Positions 1 through 10,918 of a DNA stretch of 20,300 nucleotides are shown here, piece after piece. The notes below the pieces were generated by a model. That model ran no database searches. It had not been told where the DNA came from and saw only the letters and a program-made list of their open reading frames with translations. Position 1 is the first letter of the stretch. Each line of letters opens with the position of its first letter. Both the position numbers and the translations under genes were made by a program. This stretch comes from Piromyces finnis finn (lineage: Eukaryota; Fungi; Neocallimastigomycota): contig MCFH01000183.1 of the NCBI GenBank assembly GCA_002104945.1, forward strand, positions 1 to 20,300. The letters run 5' to 3'.

Positions 1-495
1 TAAATCACCACTTATAAAGTTCTAATTTGAAATGCATCATGTACACTTTGACCCTCTCAGGCCGGCTAGACGAATGTTATTTATAATAGTAAATTAGAAA
101 GTGCATTAATACTTACCTGAATATTATAACCCAACCCATGGCAAAACCCAATAATGGATTTAAATTTTGATATAAATATCAATTCTATAACAACTTTTTT
201 TTTTTTAAATGAAAAGTATATTATCATAAATTTCGTTTGATATTGATAAAAATAGTAATATAATAAATTTTTTAAAACTTTGTGAAGAATTAAACAAGAA
301 TTTAATGATAAAAAAAAAAAGGAAAATAAATCTGAAATAAAAAAAAAAACTATTAAAAGTAAGAAAAAAAAAAAGTAATATAATAAATTTTTTATAATCT
401 TGGGAAGAATTAAATAGCATAACGAATATAGCAAAGTTAAGAAAAAAAAAGTTAGAGTTGAAAAAATTGAATCATTAAAAGAAGTTAAGAAAATA

Positions 496-870
496 AAGTA
501 TTTCAAATAACTCAAGTTATTGACTACTATACCATACTGAATTGTTTCAAATCTTGTTACAATATTTTCTCAATGGGATTAGGTGAAGGATATTCTAAAA
601 AGGAAATTAAAAAAATATTAATGTTGGCATAATATTTATTATTGAAATAGTAATAATTAATAAAAAAATTGTTTTTAAATAATGAATAATATCTATTAAT
701 TTACAAGTTTATTTTTTTTTATTGATTTTTTTTAATCATATTAGTTTGAATTGAAATAATTGAAACCTTCTTAATTAATACCACTTTAAAAAGTCATTTT
801 CAAGAATTAGGAGATACTATTTATAGTATTAAAAATGTCAGTACTTCAAAGTATAATCAATCAAAATTTG
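496..870 (+). pseudogene. Mirror image of the Sip3-tail fragment in the left palindrome arm
   Basis: Reverse complement of 1157-1530 with extra homopolymer indels. Confidence 0.75.
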
Positions 871-1156
871 TAGTCCTCTCTATTTAATTATGTAGTTTCT
901 TATATATTAATTAATGTTTCATATTAATTTTTATACATTATATTTTTATTATAGATTGTTTGTTACTTTGAATTAAAAAACGGTATAGAAAATAAAGATT
1001 AATACATGTATTAATTTATTCTAATACGTTTTTTTCTTATTCACCGTTTTTTAATTCAAGTACAAACAATCTATAATAAAAATATAATGTATAAAAAATT
1101 AATATGAAACATTAATTAATATATAAGAAAACTACATAATTAAATAGAGAGGACTA

Positions 1157-1530
1157 CAAATTTTTGATTGATTATACTTTGAAGTACTGACATTTTAATA
1201 CTATAAATAGTATCTCCTAATTCTTGAAAATGACTTTTTAAAGTGGGTATTAATTAAGAAGGTTTTCAATTATTTCAATTCAAACTAATATGATTAAAAA
1301 AATCAATAAAAAAAAATAAACTTGTAAATTAATAGATATTATTCATTATTTAAAAACAATTTTTTATAATTATTACTATTTCAATAATAAATATTATGCA
1401 ACATTAATATTTTTTTAATTTCCTTTTTAGAATATCCTTCACCTAATCCCATTGAGAAAATATTGTAACAAGATTTGAAAACAATTCAGTATGGTATAGT
1501 AGTCAATAACTTGAGTTATTTGAAATACTT
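1157..1530 (-). pseudogene. Degenerate partial duplicate of the 3' end (end of exon 21, intron 21, start of exon 22) of the neighbouring Sip3/Lam1-like gene
   Basis: Aligns by eye to 2859-3236. FQITQVIDYY..NIFSMGLGEGYSK matches LQITQAFDYC..DILTMELGNSHSK, and HFKKS.FQELGDT matches HFKRPFIQDLGGDT. It has frameshifts and a lost donor (AG|GAAATT versus AG|GTAAATT). Confidence 0.8.
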
Positions 1531-1611
1531 TATTTTCCTTAACTTCTTTAATGATTCAATTTTTTCAACTCTAACTTTTTTTTCTTAACTTTGCTATATT
1601 TCGTTATGCTA

Positions 1612-1769
1612 TTTAATTCTTCCCAAGATTATAAAAAATTTATTATATTACTTTTTTTTTTTCTTACTTTTAATAGTTTTTTTTTTTATTTCAGATTTAT
1701 TTTCTTTTTTTTTATCATTAAATTCTTGTTTAATTCTTCACAAAGTTTTAAAAAATTTATTATATTACT
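1612..1769. repeat. 41-bp direct repeat, 2 copies (1612-1652 and 1729-1769), period 117 bp; mirrored at ~256-414
   Basis: tttaattcttcccaagattataaaaaatttattatattact versus tttaattcttcacaaagttttaaaaaatttattatattact, 37/41 identical by manual comparison. Confidence 0.85.
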
Positions 1770-2522
1770 ATTTTATCAATATCAAACGAAATTTATGATA
1801 ATATACTTTTCATTTAAAAAAAAAAAAAGTTGTTATAGAATTGATATTTTATATCAAAATTTAAATCCATTATTGGGTTTTGCCATGGGTTGGGTTATAA
1901 TATTCAGGTAAGTATTAATGCACTTTCTAATTTACTATTATGATAATAACATTCGTCTAGCCGGCCTGAGAGGGTCAAAGTGTACATGATGCATTTCAAA
2001 TTAGAACTTTATAAGTGGTGATTTAGACTAGCCAAATATACAAGCAATATTTAAGTGAAAAAATTAGGTTGACACGTGATCAAACTGACTATATGGCATT
2101 ACCATTTTTTAATCTTAAAATTTTTCAAATAATAATTTTTAATATATTAAGGTATACAAAAGATAAATTATTGGATAAAATCTTTTTCTCAAAAAATTAA
2201 TTACTAATATTTTATTTTTTTCAAAAAAATATATTGTTGCACATTAATAAAAACAATTTGGTATTATTTATTATTATTTTATATATTTTTTTTTTTTTTT
2301 TCTCCAAATAAACTTCAATTATAATTTAACACAGACATTCCATATTTCCTTATCTTTATAATTGAAGATTTTTATTTATTTTTTATTACATGTTTATTTA
2401 TTTATTTTTTATTATTATGAATTTTTTCATAATTTTATAATTTTTTTTTTTAAAGTTCTTTTTTTTTTTTTTTTTATTTTCATTATGTGTAATTAATCTT
2501 TACTTTCTAAAGCATTTCTTAT

Positions 2523-5500
2523 TCAAAGTAACAGGAAGCAATCTTTAACTTCTTTTTTTAATATTTTACCATTAGGGAGTTTAACAAATTGTGCTGAATT
2601 AATATTACCATCTTTATCATAAAGTTCCGCTATATCTTCTGGATTAGCTGTTTGCTTTTTATTGTCATGCTGATCATTATCAATACACTTTTCGAGAAGG
2701 TCAGAGAACCAGTTAAAGTATTCCATAATAATAAGTTTATTTTCGTGTATATCCAAATCATGATAAGTTCTTATTATTTCCTTTTTCATATTACGAATAT
2801 TACTGTAGGATTCTTGGAATTTAAAGAACATTAATGAATTATTTTTATTATAATAAGTGAAATTTTTTGGTTGATTAGATGTAGGAGTTTTAACATTATC
2901 AATATTAAAAACGGTATCTCCTCCTAAATCTTGAATAAATGGTCTTTTAAAGTGTGTATCTAAAAAGTTTTCAATACTAATAAAAACAATTAAAAAAAAA
3001 ATGATAAAAAGATATTATACATTTGTAAATTATTAGATTTTATTAAAAAGCAATGCTCTTATAATCATTAATTACTATTATTATTTCAATAATAAATGTT
3101 AATACTAATTATTTTTTAAATTTACCTTTTAGAATGGCTATTACCTAATTCCATTGTGAGAATATCGTTCCATGGTTTGAAATCGCTTTCCAGTAATTCT
3201 GTGCAGTAGTCGAAAGCTTGAGTAATTTGAAGTTTTGGCTCAATAGTTATTGTCTGTGAAATGTTTTCCTTTTTACCTCTTAAAAGAAGTACCATATTAA
3301 GAATAACTGACAGAGCTAATAAAGCTGAAACTATAATTGTAATTAAATTAAAATCACTCTTTTTTTCTTCTGTTGAATCTGGCGTGGTTTCTGTATTGTT
3401 ATAAGAATGAAGCATACTTTTTGATCTCATAATTTGTGTTGCCACTGGAGTTGAAGCAGTAGCACCACCATTATTAGATGACTCTATACTTTCTATTACA
3501 TCACCATTTTCATTTGTATTAGCCAATCTTTCACATTCAGGTATAATGGCAGAAAGAGTACCTTCAGCAGATTCTACTAAACCCTTTAATGTTGGTGATT
3601 TAATTGCATCTTTATATATACATATATATATAGTTTTAATACATATATATATTATATATATTATATATATGTATTATTTAATATTATATAAAACACTTAC
3701 TTTTAATAATGTAATTTGGACTTTTACTCCATCTAATACCAACACTAATATTAAGTTTACAAGTAGTTTCTGTTTGATAGGTAATAATATATTTTAAAAC
3801 GGGTAAAAAATATTCACCATATGGCATTTTTGGTGTTCTTGCTAAACACTCATAAACATAAAGACTTTTTATAAAGAAAAGGATTATTAATTTATTAATT
3901 ATATTAAAATTTAAAAAATTTATATATATAAAAATGATGAAATAATTACAGATATTCATCACTTTTGAGTAAAATTTGAGACTCTTCTGTAATAGTTTCC
4001 TTATCCTTAACTATTTAAATATTATCATATAAAAAAATAATAATAAAAATTAAAGATTGTTTTTTTTTATTATTATTTTATTTTATTTTATATTTATATT
4101 TATATATTTTTATTTAATTTTGTATTGTTACCTAAAACATTATTTACAGGAATCATATATTTAACTAATCTTTCATTATTACCATCCTTATTTTTAGCCC
4201 ATTCACCAACGGTCATATCTTTTAATAAATATTAAAATATATTAAACATAAATTATATTTTAGTATTATAGCATTATTAATGTTAGTAGTATAATTTGTT
4301 AATTCCAATAATAAATTATATTTGATTAATATATGATAAGGAATTCTAAAATTAAATGAAAAAAATAAACAAATTGTAAGAACTTACCAAATTCTTTTTT
4401 TTTGTCTCTAATTTTTTGTTGTAATGAAACATCTTCTCCATAAAGAATGTCATTTAACTGTTTTGCTGGAATTGGTAATATGACTTCTCTTACCTTTTTT
4501 TCCAAAACTTCATTAAAAACAATTGGACCTGATGGTTTTGGTATGTTTGGAGGTAAAGAATATTTATTATTATTTGAAGCAGATGATGAAGTTTTATTGG
4601 TATCAGTTTTTTTAGTATCAACTTCTTTTTTACTCATTTTTGGTGATTCTTATTAAAATAAATTATCAACATCAATAATAATAATGATAATAATAATAAT
4701 GTATAATAATGTATAATAATGTATAATAATAAATAAAATATAATTTGTGGATTTTTATTAATTGAAACACAAATATTTTAATATATATTAATATATATAT
4801 TATGAAATATGAATATAAACTTACCGGTTTTTGATAAAGTTGTTGTAGGTGTACTTTCTTTATTTTCCTTAGTTACTTTTAATGGTTCAATTTTTTCAAC
4901 TTCAACTTCTTTTTTTTCTACTTCGTTATCTTTCTTTTTAGTATTCGATTCTTGTTTTAATTCTTCAATTGATTCGAAATTCATTGAATTGCTAATTATT
5001 GATATCAAGTTAAAAAATAAAAAAATTTATAATTCATATTATTAATTTTATAATTGAAATATATAATTAAATTGTTCTACTATATCTAATATATTATTAT
5101 TACTTTTCAGTTTCATTTAAATTTTCTATCATTGATTCATCAATACTTTCACTATCGTCGCTAATTTCATCATCTCCATAAATTTTATCAAAAATTTCCT
5201 GAGCATTTAATTGCTATAATATTTAAATATAATATTAACAAATTATATTGGTTGAAATAAAATATAAACTTTTGTAAACTTACTATTTTTGAAGTATTGT
5301 TTTCCCAAATAGTATTTAAAATTCTATACACCTTAGTCATATCCTTCAAATACATCTTAATGATATACTATTCATATTAAAAAAAAATTGTTGTCATAAA
5401 AATAATTGTTTCATTAGAATCATATCAACATTGAATTTAATAAAATTTTTGACTGACCTCGTTATTTTCACTTTCATTAGTTTTAATTGAAATAATGTTA

Positions 5501-7557
5501 TAAACCACACCAGCCTGACTATCAATTGAGATAATATCTCTAAATGGAATTTTATACTATATATAAATTGTGAATAAATTTACAGTTAAAAGATTTTCCA
5601 TTGTATATAATTAAGATGTATATTCCATTAATAATTTTATATAAAATTACCTTTGTAACGTATTTAAAAATTTTTGAATAAAAGTAAATATAATCGATAG
5701 TTAAAAAAATACTTCCTTGAATAGTAACGCCATGCTGAATAGCACATGAACAATCTTTTTTTTTTTTTAGATTTTTTTTTAAAATAAAAAAAAATATGTT
5801 TAATTTTTTAATTATAAATAATTAATATATTCTTTTATATTGATATATTCTTAAGTTACATACTATATATTAAATATTCGTCTTCTTTAATATCCTCAAA
5901 AATTGCATGAAATTCCTTATTTCTATTTTCGTATTGTTCATTTTGATAAATAATTACATTGGGTGTCAAATGAATATTGTTAATTCGACCTTTGAAGGAA
6001 CGAGATAAGTATTCTCCATCCTCGTCTTCATCTTCAATTTTTAATTCATCATCTGATAAAGTTTCTACAATATCACCAGCCTTTTGATTATCTTCAATTG
6101 TATTACTTAGATTTTTTAATTTTTCATGTTTTGCTATTTCAAATGTATTCAACCATTCTTTTAATTCATTTTCACTTTCAGCTATAAAATTACAATACAA
6201 TAATAAAAAAATTGATAATTAAAATTTTAATGTCTTTATTATAATCTAATCCTTATCAATAGGAATATAAAAAATTTCATACCTTGTAAAATATACGTTC
6301 TAATAGTTTATTCATTTAACAAAAAATAAATAATTATAAATAGCATTAATATAACATAATTTTTATGTATATTTAAAATTTTTTTAATTACTTTTTTGCT
6401 GTTATAACAGAAAAACAGAATCTTCTTTCATTATTAGTTTCTTCTTTAACTTCACAAAGTAAGATATTTATTGGAGTAGATGTCCATACAAAGCCTCTCT
6501 TTTTTCCTGATGAACTTGTCATTGAATATTTAAAAACACCCTTTTTAATACTAAAATATCTTCTACTCCATCCTTTTTGATACTTTTTATATAGCCATCC
6601 TGATTTTTCATATTTTGGTCTTGATGAATCCTATTAATTAATATATTTAATTTATAATTTATTGATATTCAAAAATAAATAAAAATAAGAGGAAACATTT
6701 AAAATTAAATATACAATATTAATTATAATATTAATATATATATAGCCATAATTACATTTTCAAATGACTCTTTCATTTTATTGTAATATGATATATTCTA
6801 TAAAAATAAAATAAATTGTTAATTGAGTAAATAGATATGTATTTACTATTATTCCTCCTTTCATATTATTAATAAGCACTTACTTCATCTAATTTGCTTT
6901 TAAGACTATTAAAATCAGGCTTTACTGAATTGAATGAATTAAGAATTGAGTTGTGATAATTAACATTTTCATTATAAAAGAAATTAAACTATAGAGAAAT
7001 AAGTTAAATATGAGTTTACTTAAAATTAATATATTGATAATTCTAGAACATAATATTTAAATATATTGAAATACATACTATATTATGTATTAATTGATTT
7101 AATTTAGTTTTGAAAGTAATGATACATTCACATAATTCAATTCCATTAGTAATAAACTTCTTTTTCATTTCTTCAGCTTGATTATACATCTTTCAAATTT
7201 TATTGATAATATATTTGTGGTTTTAATATTAATTATTTATTAATCCTTTTATAATAATAATTTTTAAAATTATATTACTTCAGTTAGGACAACTTGATCT
7301 TTTGATTTTGATGCACCTGAATATTTATTAAGAATACTTTCATATTTATCCAATGATTTATCATATATATGTTTTTTTTCCTATTAATATATAATAAGGT
7401 TTATCTTAATATAAAAAAATAAAAGATAAATTGAATAAGATTTGTTATTACATAAATATCTTTTGAAGCAGCTTGACAAAAATCATATAATTCAGAAATA
7501 ATTTTTTCAAATAAATCATCTACCTAAATTTAATTTAATTAAACGACATTTTACCAA

Positions 7558-7588
<31 letters not shown>

Positions 7589-8246
7589 ATAAAAATTTAG
7601 TTATAATTATTTTTATTATTATTGTTATTATGATTATGACTATGATTATGATTATGATTATAATAAATAAATAAGAATAAAATACCATATTAATTTTGTA
7701 AGAATATATAATACTGATATTATCGTTGAATATTTGAATAATATTTTTACTAATATTATCTTTAATTTATATACATATATATATATAAATATTATATATA
7801 ATTAGTCATATTGTAATTTCATATATTTTATATTATTAAAAATTAATAGAATCACTATTTACCGAGAATATCTTTATCCTTGAATATCAAAAATCTTTTG
7901 ATAATGCTGTCATTGAAATCATTACATTCTTTTATTTTTTATTTATATATAAAATTTTAACAAAGTAAATAAATAAAAAAGATACATGAGTTAATAATTT
8001 TTCATAAAATTTACAATATAGTACTTTAATTTAAAATTTACTCATATATTCTTTTGTATAAAGTTCTATTAATTTTGTTAGGCCATCAAGTAATTTAATA
8101 AATTCACTAAGTTGGTCTTCAAAATAATTAACACTTGCCCTGAATTTTGGTGAATCAATTGTTGCTAATTTCACATTGATAAAACATATTGGATTATATA
8201 CATCGTCAGCTATTTTAGCTAAGTTTGCATCACTATTTTGAGTCAT
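2523..8246 (-). CDS. SIP3: Sip3/Ysp1 (Lam3/Lam1)-type membrane contact site lipid-transfer protein: BAR, PH, GRAM, VASt/StARkin, TM; 22 exons, ~1141 aa
   Basis: Hand-spliced exons: 8246-8042, 7928-7863, 7759-7686, 7523-7452, 7380-7279, 7189-7079, 6988-6884, 6797-6756, 6630-6392, 6299-6283, 6181-5864, 5754-5651, 5556-5458, 5367-5284, 5213-5104, 4991-4825, 4648-4388, 4218-4132, 4010-3950, 3864-3701, 3609-3126, 2976-2523. All introns are GT-AG, phases are consistent, total 3426 nt. Motifs: BAR start DSPKFRASV; PH EKSGWLYKK..WSRRYF..ERRFCF..YILQAESENELKEW; GRAM RNKEFHAIF..NCSCAI..QGSIFLT; VASt TPKMPYGEYF..CKLNISVGIRWSKS; TM FNLITIIVSALLALSVILNMVLLL. Confidence 0.88.
4701..4730. repeat. (GTATAATAAT)x3 tandem repeat in an intron
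   Basis: Three exact 10-mers read directly, preceded by an AAT-rich tract. Confidence 0.9.
7629..7661. repeat. (TATGAT)n hexamer microsatellite in an intron
   Basis: tatgattatgactatgattatgattatgattat, with one variant unit. Confidence 0.85.
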
Positions 8247-8909
8247 GCTATTATTATGTTAATATATTTTTAATTATTATAATTAATACATTAATTTAAT
8301 TGAAAACAAATAGGATAAATAATTCAAATATATAAAAATTATATATATTTATTTTATATTTATTTTTAAATTAATTTATTACTTTTTTTTATTTTTATTT
8401 TTTTGCTTTTATCTTTTATTTTTTATTTATAACTGCATATAATTACATATAATTAAATTGCTATTTTTATTTTCTTTGATAAATGTATACTGACTAATAG
8501 ATATAAAAATAATTATTCACTTTGTTGATGTTTTAATAAAAACATATTTCAATGCTAAATTGTTTAAATAAAAAGGATATCTTTAATTAGTATTTTCTTT
8601 TTTGTCCTTGGAAAGTGATAAAATGAGCATAATAATTAAATACCTACCTTAGCTATTTATTTATTTATTTAATAAATTTAATTTCTTTTTTAATATATTA
8701 TATAAATATTGGAAATTTAATATTTTTACTTTTTCATAACCATTGAAATTTGAAATGAATAATTTTTTTATTATTATTTAATTTTATTAATTTAATTAAT
8801 ATTGTTATATTTTTCCTTTTATTCAATTATATACATATATATTTTTTTGGATAAAAAAAAAATAAGTGTTTTTCACTTTTAATTATTATTTTTTTATATA
8901 TATATTTTA

Positions 8910-8943
<34 letters not shown>

Positions 8944-10918
8944 CCAAGAATTAAAATTTTAATTTTTTTCTTTTAAATAATCTTAATACTTTCCTTTTAT
9001 ATTCATTATTAAAAAATTAATATAATTCAAATATTGTTTTAATTAAATTTTTATATATTAAATTAAACTTGTTGGATTTTTATTATTCAAAGAAACTTTA
9101 AAAATAATATCATTAAAAAAAAAAAAAATAATAGAATATACATTTGTCATTCATTTAAAGTATAAATAAATAAAATATTGATCTTAACAATTGATTATTA
9201 AGTTTTTTTTGTTAGTTAATTAATTATAGCAATTAATGGTGGATAAACCATAACTATCTAATAAAATAAAAAAAAAGTTTGTATTTCCTTTTCGATTTAC
9301 ATATTGAAAGTTAATAAATCATTAATAATAAATTTTTATATTAAAATATATTTTCAATAAAGATAAAGCATATATAATATAAAAAATAACACAAAAATTA
9401 GAAAATTTGATATAAATAATATAAAAGTGTTTAAAAAAAAAATGGTCTATTTTAATTATTTCATTTCATTTCAAATAAATAAATTGTTAACAATTAGACC
9501 AAATTAAAGCCAAACTAATAAATATACATAAGAACATTTTGTACAGATTTTTAATAAAATTTAGTATTATTTTTAAAGAGTAATAATTATTTCTTTTTAA
9601 TAGAAAAAATTTCTTTAAAATCTATAATTAATTTATCGTTAATAGAATTTATTACCATACATTTATAAATAAGTATTATATTAAAAAGAAGCTAATTATT
9701 TAGATATACTATATTTTTACTATTATTACTGTTGTTTAAAATAAAATCTCTCTTTTTTAATCTGTAAAAGATACCAAAAAAAAAAAAACGACAGGTTTAA
9801 AAAACATATAATTCATTTTTTATAGTATTTGAGTTTTGAGATTTGAGATTAAATTATATAAATTAAAATTAACTAATAATATATCTGTAATATTACTAAA
9901 TATATTTAAATATATATTAATATATTATTCTATTCATTTTATATATAAAGATATAACCTTTAAAAAACATAATATTACAAAGGTTATCAATCATTTTAAT
10001 ATATATTAATTTTTTATTTATAACTTTTTTTTTTTTTAAAAAAATAAGAAATTTATTAATTGAATGTCTTAATTAGAATTATCGAACCATTATATTAACT
10101 AAATTAAATTGACAAAATAATTTGATATTTAATCTATCTGTTGACTTTATTATCATTTTTTAAAAAGATATTATTAATTGAATAATAAAAAGAATAAGTA
10201 ATTTAATTATTATAATATTATTTTTCAATTCAATTTCATTAAAAGAAATGCAATAGTCGAAGAGAGACTTTGTATAAAGTACTATATTGAAAATCAAAAT
10301 TAATTTTAAACTTTATATATTTAATACCAATTATCAATTGGAAATATCTAATAATCATTAATCATTTATTTTTTATTTATAATTAATAAAAATTCATTTA
10401 ATTAAATGTAATTCAATTATTACATATTTATAAATTTTTATAAATAGTAAACAGAAATAAATAGCATATAACATTATATAAGTAAAAAGCAAATTAAATA
10501 TTTACCATTATTCATATAAGCAATAAATTCACTATAAAAATTAAAAGGTCAATTTATCATTATTATTTTCTTGAAAACAATCTTTGGAAGATATAAAAAA
10601 TTATTCATAGAGTAATTATTTGTATATCAAAAAGTATGATATAAAAATAATAAAGAAAAATAAAAATATTAATATTCTTTAAATAAAGTAGGTTTTAAAT
10701 ATATATAAATCATTTATTAAAATAAAATATATTTATTTAATTTTGTCTGAATGATTATAACAAATTTTTAGAAATCTAAAATTTTAACAATATTATTCTT
10801 ATAAATAGCAATAGATATTTCAGTATATTCGAGTTATTTCTTTTATTTAATTTGGAATAAATTCTAAAAATATTTAAACAAATCAATTCAAGTTTTATTT
10901 TTATAGAAATTCAATGAA
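8247..10918. promoter_or_regulatory. Divergent intergenic region holding the promoters and 5' UTRs of the Sip3-like (-) and USP (+) genes
   Basis: Lies between two head-to-head start codons. It is extremely AT-rich with no ORF in the supplied track. Individual promoter elements are not identifiable. Confidence 0.6.

Larger units (their letters stand above)
1..2025. repeat. ~1 kb-arm inverted repeat (fold-back palindrome) with no spacer; centre at 1006/1007; may extend left of the window
   Basis: Bases 1-80 are the reverse complement of ~1943-2025, and pairing continues inward (496<->1530, 870<->1157). The centre 998-1015 ATTAATACATGTATTAAT is a perfect 18-bp palindrome. The arm differences I checked were indels, mostly in homopolymers. 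Confidence 0.97.

Noticed and set aside
1612-1769. 41-bp repeat as a CRISPR array
   Set aside because: Only two imperfect copies, a 76-bp low-complexity spacer, eukaryotic context and no cas genes.
81-1911. ORFs 81-515, 205-420 and 1591-1911 (F/L/I-rich, membrane-protein-like)
   Set aside because: They are translations of T-rich low-complexity palindrome sequence, and the mirror copies differ by frameshifts. Only the last ~25 codons of 1591-1911 look possibly meaningful (see findings).
1958-1975. TAGCCGGCCTGAGAGGGT resembles a conserved stretch of bacterial 16S rRNA as I recall it
   Set aside because: Only 18 nt, the similarity stops on both sides, and there is no other rRNA-like sequence. 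Treated as coincidence.
1-2025. Palindrome as a transposon with terminal inverted repeats or as a missed SMRTbell adapter
   Set aside because: There is no internal spacer or transposase, the left boundary and any target-site duplication are not visible, and the centre has no adapter-like sequence.
1986-2090. Possible box C/D snoRNA (ATGATGC ... CTGA)
   Set aside because: The C box is imperfect, there is no terminal stem, and I could not identify an rRNA-complementary guide.
2652-5045. Plus-strand ORFs 2652-2834, 3546-3797, 4447-4656 and 4809-5045
   Set aside because: Antisense shadows of Sip3-like exons with no independent motif.
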